From UHGV virus genome UHGV-0200912: a stretch of 44,693 nt of DNA; one strand, given 5' to 3'. Positions within the stretch are counted from its first letter, which is position 1. Every line of letters begins with the position of its first letter. Both the position numbers and the translations under genes were made by a program. Positions 1-7,621 of the stretch are shown here, one piece after another. Source of the stretch: a virus. The notes beneath the pieces are model-generated. The model worked only from the letters and a program-made list of their open reading frames with translations, made no database searches and was not told where the DNA came from.

Positions 1-17
1 ATCAAGGTTTACCTTGC

Positions 18-503
18 TCATTTGTCGGCCCCCTCGCGCAGCTGCTGGGCGATATCTTCCAGGATGTCATCAGCAAAGGAGCGGTCGAAATCACCCTCTG
101 GTGCATCTGCCATAAACTCGGTTGAGGCGAGAATCATGCGGGCGATATCGGCGGTGTTTTTGGCTGTGTCGTCAATAAAACCTGCATCCCAGGCGGCCAG
201 CATTCGGTTAGCCACAAAGTGCGCACCTTCAACGCGGCCATCAGCCTTAATCCCGGCTACGACGCGATCGGTGGCGGGGGTTTCAGGTGCGTTTTTAATC
301 TTGTCTTCTGGGTCGGCCCATGCGTTCCAGTGGTCTACTGCGGGAGCGTGATTAGCAACGCAATCTTTCAGCGCCACATTCTCCGCCGCCAGCTGCTTAA
401 ACGCTTTCGCCAGCTTCAGGAACTTCTGCTCTCTGATCGACAGCTCGCCTGCGCTCTCCAGGGAGGCGATGAGCTCGTTTACTGCCTGTAATGTGATAGT
501 CAT
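18..503 (-). CDS. hypothetical phage protein, first gene after the replication module (nin-region start)
   Basis: ORF track 18..560; internal ATG at 503 overlaps the TGA of the upstream gene (ATGA), so the start is refined to 503; acidic C-terminus; no recognisable motif. Confidence 0.5.
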   Translation of the reverse strand: MTITLQAVNELIASLESAGELSIREQKFLKLAKAFKQLAAENVALKDCVANHAPAVDHWNAWADPEDKIKNAPETPATDRVVAGIKADGRVEGAHFVANRMLAAWDAGFIDDTAKNTADIARMILASTEFMADAPEGDFDRSFADDILEDIAQQLREGADK

Positions 504-793
504 GCTGATGTTCTCCCGTAAACAGCCAGTACCCGCTTCATCGCCGGGCTTTGCCGACACTCGTTGAAAATCTGATTGGTGCTCTTTCTGCCTGAAATTT
601 CTTCTTCAGTGGCCAGCCGGTAGTAAACCGTCCGCCACACCCGAGCTTCCGCTACCAGCACCCCCTGCTTTGCCAGGATATTTGCAGCCTGGTTGATGCA
701 GGTATGCGTCATTCCGGAAGCCGCGGCGACATCTGGAGAGCTGCATGTTTTATGCGTTTTCAGGTAGTTCAGAATTGCGTCTTTTCCTGTCAT
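500..793 (-). CDS. small winged-helix-like DNA-binding protein
   Basis: 97-aa ORF; start overlaps the DnaC-like stop (ATGA at 790-793); helix-turn-helix-like segment INQAANILAKQGVL. Confidence 0.45.
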   Translation of the reverse strand: MTGKDAILNYLKTHKTCSSPDVAAASGMTHTCINQAANILAKQGVLVAEARVWRTVYYRLATEEEISGRKSTNQIFNECRQSPAMKRVLAVYGRTSA

Positions 794-1641
794 GACCGGT
801 TCTCCCGATAGCTGTCCCAGGTAAACGAAATCGTGCAGCCGCCGCCGTCGTTCATGCGGTCGATGACGCGCTCGCCGATAAACTGCGTCAGCTCATCCTT
901 CGGCAGGTTGCTGATCAGGATCGTCGGCTTCAGGCGCTCGTAGCGGGTGTTGATGATTTCAAACATGATCATCTTCTCGGCTTCGCTGCCGAACTGCACA
1001 CCAACCTCATCGACAATCAGAAGGTCTGGCTTCGTGAAGTAGGAGATCACCTCATCCTCAGTGCGCGTGGCTGTTTTTGACCAGGTCGATTTAAACTCCC
1101 GGGCAATCTTGAGCGCCGTCGTAAAAATGACTGAGCTTTGGTGGTGCTCAATCACATGGCGGGCAATGGCCAGCGCAAGGTGGTTTTTACCGGTACCAGG
1201 CTTGCCACACATAACCAACCCGCCTCCCTGCTGGAGTCGATCAGTCCATTTCGATGCGTAGGCCTGGCAGACCCGTAATGCTCGCTCAGAATCCTTCCCA
1301 ACAGGCTTGTAGCTGTCCAGAGTGCACGTGGAGAAGCGCTCTGGTATGTCCAGCTGTCGAAGCAGCCTTTCTGCAGTTTGCTGGCGAACTCGCTTATCCC
1401 AGCGAACCTTTTCATCCCTCAGAAAATTCAGTTCATCTTCCAGGCAGCCCGGGCAGCGTGTCGGCGGTGATGGCAGATTGATTATGCTGCTGGTCAGGAT
1501 CCGCTTGCGCTGCTCATACTCGCCATGCTTTTCGCAACAGACGCGCTCGATAACCACTTCGCAATTCGGTATGTCTTCCGGTGGCTTACTCAGCTGATCA
1601 AGCATCCGCTCAATGGCAGTGATTTTTTCTTCCAGTTCCAT
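790..1641 (-). CDS. replication protein, DnaC/IstB-like AAA+ helicase loader (lambda P analogue)
   Basis: Walker A GKPGTGKNHLALAIA and Walker B LLIVDEVG; N-terminal Cys-rich segment; GAGGGA RBS before ATG 1641, which lies 2 nt after the O-like stop. Confidence 0.8.
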   Translation of the reverse strand: MELEEKITAIERMLDQLSKPPEDIPNCEVVIERVCCEKHGEYEQRKRILTSSIINLPSPPTRCPGCLEDELNFLRDEKVRWDKRVRQQTAERLLRQLDIPERFSTCTLDSYKPVGKDSERALRVCQAYASKWTDRLQQGGGLVMCGKPGTGKNHLALAIARHVIEHHQSSVIFTTALKIAREFKSTWSKTATRTEDEVISYFTKPDLLIVDEVGVQFGSEAEKMIMFEIINTRYERLKPTILISNLPKDELTQFIGERVIDRMNDGGGCTISFTWDSYRENRS

Positions 1642-1643
1642 GA

Positions 1644-2498
1644 TCAGTCCCTCGCCCATGATGGGATTTCAGTCTGCCCGTAGTCCTTCCCTGCGAAATT
1701 TTCGGTAACTCGCACCTGTTGACGTGGTTGAGGCTTGGCGCCCTTTGGCTCAAACAGGCCCTGCCAGCCATTCGCGATGCTCTGGTTAATAATTTCTTCG
1801 GGGGAGTAACCGTTCAGCCGGCAGCGGTCCAGCAGGTTGATCGCCTGGGTGACCGTCTGCTGAGACTTGATCGGCTTTTTCAGGTCGCGACGGTATGCCA
1901 CCCATGACGACCAAATTTCTGCAGAAAGCCAGTCAGGCAACTGAACAGCTAACGCATCGAACGAAACCGCCCGGGGGGATTTAGGGGGGTTATTAATATT
2001 GTCTTTATTGTCTTTTGTATGTTTGTCTTTTGTGTTTACCTGATTCGGGTAATAGGCGTTACCTGATTCGGGTAAACTTTTCTTACCTGATTCTGGTAAT
2101 GTTACCTTTTTCAGGTAAGGGTTTTTTTCTTTACCTTTTACGGGTAAAGATGACCATTCGCTGACCGTTTTATTAATCCCGATAACACGACCGGTTTGAG
2201 TTAATATCCCCCGCTTAACCAGGACGCTTTTTGCAGCTGAGCACTTATGCGGGAGAATGCCGGTCAGCTCCGAGAGCTGCTCGTTACTGACCCAGTCAGA
2301 TTTCTTGTTGAAGCCGTATGTCTTACGCATGACAGCCATGAACACCAAAAGCTGATGCTGCGACAGACCCGCACGCATGACAGCTTCAAGGAGCTCATTG
2401 GCGATGCGCGTAAACCCATCGTCGAGATCTGCCACGCGCAGCTCCTGTAGTGCCACGACAGGCACAGGGAAATTGATTACTTCGGCAGTATTTGCCAT
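1644..2498 (-). CDS. O: replication initiator, lambda O-like, with the origin embedded in the gene
   Basis: 284 aa; sits between cII and the DnaC-like gene; iteron array inside the ORF; AGGAG RBS. Confidence 0.75.
   Translation of the reverse strand: MANTAEVINFPVPVVALQELRVADLDDGFTRIANELLEAVMRAGLSQHQLLVFMAVMRKTYGFNKKSDWVSNEQLSELTGILPHKCSAAKSVLVKRGILTQTGRVIGINKTVSEWSSLPVKGKEKNPYLKKVTLPESGKKSLPESGNAYYPNQVNTKDKHTKDNKDNINNPPKSPRAVSFDALAVQLPDWLSAEIWSSWVAYRRDLKKPIKSQQTVTQAINLLDRCRLNGYSPEEIINQSIANGWQGLFEPKGAKPQPRQQVRVTENFAGKDYGQTEIPSWARD
1985..2035. other. AT-rich DNA-unwinding region next to the iterons
   Basis: ttattaatattgtctttattgtcttttgtatgtttgtcttttgtg sits immediately downstream of the iterons in the direction of O transcription, as in ori-lambda. 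Confidence 0.6.
2036..2147. repeat. ori iterons: five 17-bp palindromic repeats TTACC-N7-GGTAA at 2036, 2059, 2083, 2102 and 2131
   Basis: direct reading; three copies are the identical TTACCTGATTCGGGTAA; spacing 19-29 bp; lies inside the O-like gene as in ori-lambda. Confidence 0.8.
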
Positions 2499-2583
2499 AA
2501 TTACTCCTGTGAATTGATCCAGTTAATTCGCGTAGAAAGCCGTTAGTGTTCGCGCACTGCGGCTTTCGCCTTTCTGTTCCCAC

Positions 2584-2805
2584 TCATGCTTCGAAGTCAC
2601 CTTTCTCTCCCGTCCTGTTAGAAATCAGGATGGCCAGCAGCAGCGACATGTTCGGCAGCAGACTTTCCCGCCAGCGACTCACCGTCGACTTATTCACTCC
2701 GGCCACTTTGGCGATATTCGTGGTTCCCAGTTCAGCTATCTGGCTGTGTAACCAGCTTTCTATCCTGCGAGCCTCCACTTTGTTGCGTGTCGTTGAACTC
2801 TCCAT
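2584..2805 (-). CDS. cII: CII-like transcriptional activator
   Basis: N-terminal and central similarity to lambda CII (NKVEARRIESWLHSQIAELGTTNIAKVAGVNKSTVSRWR versus lambda ANKRNEALRIESALLNKIAMLGTEKTAEAVGVDKSQISRWK); between cro and O. Confidence 0.8.
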   Translation of the reverse strand: MESSTTRNKVEARRIESWLHSQIAELGTTNIAKVAGVNKSTVSRWRESLLPNMSLLLAILISNRTGEKGDFEA

Positions 2806-2836
2806 TTGTGATACTTCCTCTGGTGGTGATTGGAAT

Positions 2837-2880
2837 AGCTGAATTACTCAGTCAGAACCCGCTGACTGCTCAATTCAGCT
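2837..2880 (-). promoter_or_regulatory. nested inverted repeat in the cro-cII spacer (tR1-like or nutR-like hairpin candidate)
   Basis: AGCTGAATTactCAGTCAGaacccgCTGACTGctcAATTCAGCT, 9+7 bp stems, no T-run. Confidence 0.3.
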
Positions 2881-2884
2881 TTGT

Positions 2885-3076
2885 TTAATCAGGATTTCTG
2901 TTGTGTGGGAAAGGCTTGATCTCTTCAGCCTTAATTTTTCCATCAGGCAGCGTGTTAACGAAAATCTTCCTTCCCACCCGGATAGCTTTACTAATTGCGG
3001 TCTGGTGAACGCCGATGGCATCAGCAGCTCTTGCCTGTCCAACTTCGTCAACGTATTCAGCTAAAGAAATTTTCAT
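2885..3076 (-). CDS. cro: Cro repressor
   Basis: MKISLAEYVDEVGQARAADAIGVHQTAISKAIRVGRKIFVNTLPDGKIKAEEIKPFP aligns along its length with lambda Cro; GGAG RBS; divergent from cI. Confidence 0.85.
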   Translation of the reverse strand: MKISLAEYVDEVGQARAADAIGVHQTAISKAIRVGRKIFVNTLPDGKIKAEEIKPFPHNRNPD

Positions 3077-3107
3077 GTGGTTAGCTCCTATCAACTCATG
3101 AGCAAAC

Positions 3108-3169
3108 AATACCACAAGTATTAAACATTGCAATACCTAGGGTATTTTTAAAATAAGAGCATTGGTATT
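3108..3169. promoter_or_regulatory. OR region: three 15-bp operators (3108..3122, 3132..3146, 3155..3169) overlapping divergent pR and pRM
   Basis: AATACCacaAGTATT, AATACCtagGGTATT (perfect palindrome), AAGAGCattGGTATT (weakest, next to cI as for OR3); centre spacing 24 and 23 bp as in lambda. Confidence 0.7.
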
Positions 3170-3180
3170 ACTATTTGAAA

Positions 3181-3891
3181 ATGGAAAAGAAAAAGACACT
3201 GACATCGGCTCAGATTGCTGACGCAGAAAGGCTGAAAGCCCTCTATGAAGCCAAGAAAAAAGAGCTTGGGATAACACAGCAATCAATAGCTGACATGCTA
3301 GACATATCTCAGGGTGGCGTTGGGCATTACTTGAATGGCAGGAATGCCCTTAATGCTGCCGTGGCTGCTGTTTTTGCCAGAGCCCTCCAGGTGGATGTCT
3401 CTGATTTTAGCCCCAGCCTTGCGAAAGAAATATCTGTAATGAGTGCTGCCGCTACATCGAATGCCAAGTATGTAGGCCAGTACACCCCAGGCATTAAATA
3501 CCCTGTATTAAGCAAGATTCAGGCTGGGCATTGGTCGGAAGCGTGCGAGCCGTATGCACTTAAAGATATCGATCTATGGCTCGAATCAGACGCTCACATC
3601 CAGGGGGATGCGTTCTGGTTGTTGGTTGAGGGGGAATCTATGACCGCCCCTGCCGGCCTTAGCATACCGGAGGGTACGTATGTTCTTTTCGATACAGGCA
3701 GGGAGCCAATCAACGGAAGCCTTGTTATTGCAAAGCTGTCCGAATCAAACGAGGCGACATTCAAAAAGCTGATAATCGATGGTGGCCAGAAGTACCTGAA
3801 GGGATTGAATCCACAATGGCCAATGGTACCCATCAACGGAAACTGTCGAATCATTGGGGTGGCTGTAGAAACTAAGTTGAGACTCGTGTGA
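3181..3891 (+). CDS. cI: CI repressor (HTH plus S24 LexA-like autopeptidase domain), likely leaderless start
   Basis: MEKKKTLTSAQIADAERLKALYEAKKKELGITQQSIADMLDISQGGVG matches the lambda CI N-terminus closely; the track start at 3175 is a TTG, and the ATG at 3181 matches the lambda start. Confidence 0.85.
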   Translation: MEKKKTLTSAQIADAERLKALYEAKKKELGITQQSIADMLDISQGGVGHYLNGRNALNAAVAAVFARALQVDVSDFSPSLAKEISVMSAAATSNAKYVGQYTPGIKYPVLSKIQAGHWSEACEPYALKDIDLWLESDAHIQGDAFWLLVEGESMTAPAGLSIPEGTYVLFDTGREPINGSLVIAKLSESNEATFKKLIIDGGQKYLKGLNPQWPMVPINGNCRIIGVAVETKLRLV

Positions 3892-3945
3892 TCAGCAGCA
3901 TGCCGCAGACGTACAGGAAGCATGGGTAGCTAGGCCGGAGGAATT

Positions 3946-4380
3946 ATGCAAGTTAACCTAGAAAGAATATCATTTATAACACCTTTTTCTGATAGTGAGG
4001 ACCAGACACAGCCAAAGCTTAGTTTTGAGTGCGTGAACTTCCCCGCTCAGTTTTCGATAAATTTCCGGGTGGGAATGGTAGGTTTGAAGCCAAATACTCG
4101 CTATCAACTCGGACTGTTTGTTATACCAGCTCATTTATTTATTAAAGAGGGGCAGGGATTTCAACTTCCTGACGGCACTCAGGAATCTGTTTCTGTTAAC
4201 ATTGATACTAAAGACAGCAACATGGCGACGGGTGCCAGTGGACAGGTTGTCATTACTCTAAACGAAATGCGCCTCCCTGGTAAGGGGCTGTATAGTGTGA
4301 CTGGCGTCTTACACGCCAACGATTCGATAAAAACCGTGCTTCATAAAAACGAGTCATTTTTCACTGTTGATAAATTATGA
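3946..4380 (+). CDS. hypothetical soluble protein, first gene of a cI-cotranscribed cassette in the rexA position
   Basis: strong GGAGGAATT RBS; 54 nt after the cI stop; AT-rich compared with neighbours; no known motif. Confidence 0.6.
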   Translation: MQVNLERISFITPFSDSEDQTQPKLSFECVNFPAQFSINFRVGMVGLKPNTRYQLGLFVIPAHLFIKEGQGFQLPDGTQESVSVNIDTKDSNMATGASGQVVITLNEMRLPGKGLYSVTGVLHANDSIKTVLHKNESFFTVDKL

Positions 4381-5024
4381 GTGACGATAAAGAATCAAAA
4401 AATCAAGAGAATCAGAGCGCGAGACCAAATAGCCTAAGGAGGCTGAAAGTTATCGGTGGCTCAGATTTCGATGCTGAATTTGATAATTCCTCTGAGAAGG
4501 TGCAAGATCACTTCATAACGTCGCATACTTCGGAGCGAGAAGTGGATAGGATTAGCAGAGAAGAACTTGAAGCAAGGCTGTCCGCCAATAAAGCGGAAAT
4601 GGAATCAATAGCCTCTTCAATTCGAGCAGACATGGCCTTAGCCAGAGAAAATACCAATGTCCAGTTCGCAAATCTCTCCTCCGCAATTAATTCTATCTCT
4701 TCAAAAATTGACGGGAAGATGGATAGTGTAGATGGAGAAATGAAAGCAATAACTGGTAAGTTTGATGGCATCCAGGGTCAGATAACTGGCCTGAACACAG
4801 CCATTAGCGGAATCCAGTCAGGCATATCTACGCGACTTGCAATTTTTAGCGTAATTATCGCTGTGATTGTCGCCTTGCCTGGGATTATCTCCTCATTTAA
4901 GGACTCTCCAGCTAAGTCTGATGATAATCCTTCACCCTTGATTATTCAGATGCCAGCGCAGCAACAAAATCAACAACCCGCCCCCCAAAACCAACAGAAA
5001 GCCTCGCCAAATCAGCATAAGTAG
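4377..5024 (+). CDS. coiled-coil protein with a single C-terminal TM helix and Q/P-rich tail (rexB position); candidate exclusion or abortive-infection effector
   Basis: ATGA overlap with the upstream gene; heptad-like N-terminal region; TM LAIFSVIIAVIVALPGIISSF; followed by a terminator. Confidence 0.6.
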   Translation: MSDDKESKNQENQSARPNSLRRLKVIGGSDFDAEFDNSSEKVQDHFITSHTSEREVDRISREELEARLSANKAEMESIASSIRADMALARENTNVQFANLSSAINSISSKIDGKMDSVDGEMKAITGKFDGIQGQITGLNTAISGIQSGISTRLAIFSVIIAVIVALPGIISSFKDSPAKSDDNPSPLIIQMPAQQQNQQPAPQNQQKASPNQHK

Positions 5025-5050
5025 CCCGGCCACCGCGCCGGGTTTTTATT
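5025..5050 (+). terminator. rho-independent terminator ending the cI cassette transcript (tImm-like)
   Basis: CCCGGCcaccgcGCCGGG followed by TTTTTATT. Confidence 0.7.
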
Positions 5051-5053
5051 GCC

Positions 5054-5257
5054 CTACTCTTCCCTCAACATCAGCACATCCAGTGCCAGCTCCACAGCCA
5101 GATCTGGCTGGTCCCCCAGCCACAGCACCTGAATCATCTCTATCAGCGCCTCTCTTGATGGCTCGCGCTTCTCAACCAGCATCTGCATAACCGCCATCCC
5201 GATAATCTGCGCTATCTGCGGGTGCATTTCTGCGAAAAACTCATCCTCATTCGACAT
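5054..5257 (-). CDS. small acidic hypothetical protein, divergent from pL
   Basis: 67 aa from ATG 5257 with GAGGGT RBS; the longer track ORF lacks an RBS; AT-rich promoter-like region upstream. Confidence 0.45.
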   Translation of the reverse strand: MSNEDEFFAEMHPQIAQIIGMAVMQMLVEKREPSREALIEMIQVLWLGDQPDLAVELALDVLMLREE

Positions 5258-5326
5258 GGCGCTACCCTCTTTGGCGTTTTTTTGAGCATGACAGCACTCT
5301 TTACAAAAATAAATTAACTTTAAAAT

Positions 5327-5398
5327 CATACCTTTAGTATTTTTATTAAACATTATAATACTGGCGGTATTGATATAAAATAATACCCGGAGTATTAT
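5327..5398 (+). promoter_or_regulatory. OL/pL: three operators (5327..5341, 5357..5371, 5382..5396) overlapping a strong sigma70 promoter (-35 TTGATA 5370..5375, 17-bp spacer, -10 TATTAT 5393..5398)
   Basis: cATACCtttAGTATT, AATACTggcGGTATT, AATACCcggAGTATT; same half-sites as OR. Confidence 0.7.
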
Positions 5399-5477
5399 AA
5401 TCTCATCCAAACAACAACGTTGGCGCCGGTAATAGGTAACAACGCTCCGTTAGCCGCGATAAGGCAAAGGTGAAGAG

Positions 5478-5585
5478 ATGATCCGAGAACAAGACAAGCC
5501 TGCATGGCGTAATTTTTGGTTAAAGGTCGTTCCGTTTTTGGTTGCTGTTATCGCAGTTAGCTATCCGTGCTGGGGTGGCAAATGA
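5478..5585 (+). CDS. small membrane peptide (35 aa), first gene of the pL operon
   Basis: MIREQDKPAWRNFWLKVVPFLVAVIAVSYPCWGGK; AGGTGA RBS; one TM helix; below the ORF-track size cutoff. Confidence 0.45.
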   Translation: MIREQDKPAWRNFWLKVVPFLVAVIAVSYPCWGGK

Positions 5586-5692
5586 GCAAACAAGGCATTC
5601 GTTCACTGATTTACTGCCTGCTGATCTGCGGCGTTATCTGGACAGCGTTGATTATCAAAATTCTGCACGTTACGGGGGTGTTCAATGGTTAG
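5582..5692 (+). CDS. small membrane peptide (36 aa)
   Basis: MSKQGIRSLIYCLLICGVIWTALIIKILHVTGVFNG; ATGA overlap with the upstream peptide. Confidence 0.45.
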   Translation: MSKQGIRSLIYCLLICGVIWTALIIKILHVTGVFNG

Positions 5693-5891
5693 TCATCATT
5701 ACGGGACACAGACCGTTAACCGCGGCGCCGTTCTGCCAGGGATGCTCGTTAAGCATCGGGAAAGCACCTGGACAGCATCAGCAAATAAACGCGGCCGCCT
5801 GTACCTGCATCGCGGGATTGAGCGGACTTACACAACCGACTTGCTGGTTGAAGTTTATCTGAACGGGTTGGGACAAGGTCTCAGCCGGTAA
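5685..5891 (+). CDS. small basic hypothetical protein
   Basis: 68-aa ORF overlapping the upstream stop; R/K/H-rich. Confidence 0.4.
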   Translation: MVSHHYGTQTVNRGAVLPGMLVKHRESTWTASANKRGRLYLHRGIERTYTTDLLVEVYLNGLGQGLSR

Positions 5892-5971
5892 TCGAAACGA
5901 AGAATTTAACTGAGCTATCAGGCAGCCAATACGGTGCCGGGATTCTTACAACCAAATTTCAGGAGCGAGCT

Positions 5972-6256
5972 ATGAACGCATACCGCGCATACGACGCTAT
6001 CGAAGAACGGAAATGGGCTGAACAGTCGCTCACCGAAGAAAAGCAAAAGTGGATTGACGATCGGGCGCAGGAAATTATCGACGCCCTGCCGAAAGAGCCG
6101 TCAGGCCTGTTCCGCTTCTCTGTGCCGATGGACAAAAGCCCATACGAAGGCCTCCGCAGCGATGCAGCTGGCGAGGCATATAACGATCTCATCTCGGCAG
6201 TAGCTTACGCCCAGGCGGAATACGACTGGGACCACCGCACCGGCTGCCCGTTTTAA
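5972..6256 (+). CDS. hypothetical protein
   Basis: AGGAG RBS; 94 aa. Confidence 0.5.
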   Translation: MNAYRAYDAIEERKWAEQSLTEEKQKWIDDRAQEIIDALPKEPSGLFRFSVPMDKSPYEGLRSDAAGEAYNDLISAVAYAQAEYDWDHRTGCPF

Positions 6257-6267
6257 GGAGAGAGTTA

Positions 6268-6501
6268 ATGGCCCGCAGAAATTTACTCCACAAATCGAAA
6301 TTAGCCGACTTCAAGGAGTGGCTCTCGATGAACGGAATTCAGTGGAGAGATGGGAAAGGTAGTTACCAGGTAATCCAGGTGAATACGGGATGCGGCTGGA
6401 CACCGATTTATGACAGCAGCAAAGAGCGACGCGAGCATTTCACTATTCAGGATGCTCTCAGGCCTTTGGTAAACAGATTCATCAGAGAGGCTGCAAAATG
6501 A
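6268..6501 (+). CDS. hypothetical protein
   Basis: AAGGAGAG RBS; 77 aa. Confidence 0.5.
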   Translation: MARRNLLHKSKLADFKEWLSMNGIQWRDGKGSYQVIQVNTGCGWTPIYDSSKERREHFTIQDALRPLVNRFIREAAK

Positions 6502-7001
6502 CAGATTCAAAAACACATTACCGTAAGGCTTTCGATTCTCCATACCTGAGCAGTGCCGACATCGTTGAACCCACGGTGCTGACGATCGCCCGGGCAACGT
6601 TAGAAAGCGACAAAACCAAAAAAACTAAAGACGTTTTTAACACCGCTTATTTTGAGGAGAGCGAGTTGCGCCCTGGCGAAAAGCTTAAGCCAATGATCCT
6701 GAATGCCACCAACAGCAAGATGCTGAAAAGCATTACCGGATCGCCATTCCTTGAGGATTGGGTCGGCGTGAAAGTCACTGTTTACGTCGATAAAAATGTC
6801 AGGTTCGGAAAGGAATCGGTTGAAGGTCTCCGCTTAAGCCCAGCGCGCGTTTCAAAACCTGTGCTTTCGCCGGAAAAAACGCAGGCATGGAATAACGCTA
6901 AGGCCGCCTTCAAGCGCGATGGCAACCTGGATGCAGTGCTGGCGAGAATGGACATTTCTCCAGAGCATCGCCGCCAACTGGAACAGGAGTGCTCAGCATG
7001 A
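6498..7001 (+). CDS. hypothetical protein upstream of the exonuclease (possible annealing or ssDNA-binding partner)
   Basis: 167 aa; ATGA-type overlap; its position matches bet/recT in the lambda pL operon but it is too short for the usual RecT or Red-beta. Confidence 0.4.
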   Translation: MTDSKTHYRKAFDSPYLSSADIVEPTVLTIARATLESDKTKKTKDVFNTAYFEESELRPGEKLKPMILNATNSKMLKSITGSPFLEDWVGVKVTVYVDKNVRFGKESVEGLRLSPARVSKPVLSPEKTQAWNNAKAAFKRDGNLDAVLARMDISPEHRRQLEQECSA

Positions 7002-7621
7002 TCTGGCATGACGTCGAGCAAAACGGGGAAGAGTGGGATGCTCTTCGCCTTGGGAAGGCTACCGCTTCAAACTTCGGCTTGATTATGGCTAACGATGGCA
7101 AGGCGTTTGGTGAGCCAGCCAAGCGTTATGCGCTTCAGTTAGCTCTTGAGCAGATTAAAGGGTGCAAGTCTGAGTTTGGCTTCACAAACGACCATATGGA
7201 GCGCGGCCACGAACAGGAGCCAATCGCTCGCATGCTGTACGAAGAGATGAACTTCGTCGACGTGGATAACGGCGGTTTCTTTGATCACGAAACGTATGGG
7301 GATAGTCCAGACGGACTCGTTGGCCGGGACGGGTTGGTTGAGATTAAGTCGGTAATTGCCGCCACTCACTACGCCACCCTCACCCGCGGCGCCTTCGATC
7401 CGGCATATAGATGGCAACTAATCGGCCACCTTGATTGCTCTGGCCGGGATTGGGTTGACTTCATCAGCTACTGCTCTGATTTCCCTGAAGGAAAGCAACT
7501 CATTGTTTACCGTCTGACAGCCGCTGAGTGCCAATCAGAAATAGGCCGCCTTCGCGCGAGAAGGAATGAGTTCCTCTCCCTTGTGGCAGAGACTAAGCGA
7601 ATGATACTGGAGATCGAATGA
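6989..7621 (+). CDS. YqaJ/lambda-Exo family recombination exonuclease (PD-(D/E)XK)
   Basis: WHDVEQNGEEWDALRLGKATASNFG resembles the lambda Exo/YqaJ N-terminal motif; 210 aa. Confidence 0.7.
   Translation: MLSMIWHDVEQNGEEWDALRLGKATASNFGLIMANDGKAFGEPAKRYALQLALEQIKGCKSEFGFTNDHMERGHEQEPIARMLYEEMNFVDVDNGGFFDHETYGDSPDGLVGRDGLVEIKSVIAATHYATLTRGAFDPAYRWQLIGHLDCSGRDWVDFISYCSDFPEGKQLIVYRLTAAECQSEIGRLRARRNEFLSLVAETKRMILEIE

Noticed and set aside
2395-2583. 62-aa ORF in the cII-O spacer
   Set aside because: It is Arg/Cys-rich junk with no RBS. The spacer instead carries an 8-bp hairpin and the O RBS.
5542-5862. 106-aa plus-strand ORF from the track
   Set aside because: It overlaps, in a different frame, three compact ORFs that have RBSs and are chained by start-stop overlaps (5478..5585, 5582..5692, 5685..5891). 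It has no RBS of its own.
5891-5972. nutL/boxB search downstream of pL
   Set aside because: No boxA-like motif or short GNRA-type stem-loop was found. Absence of N remains unproven.
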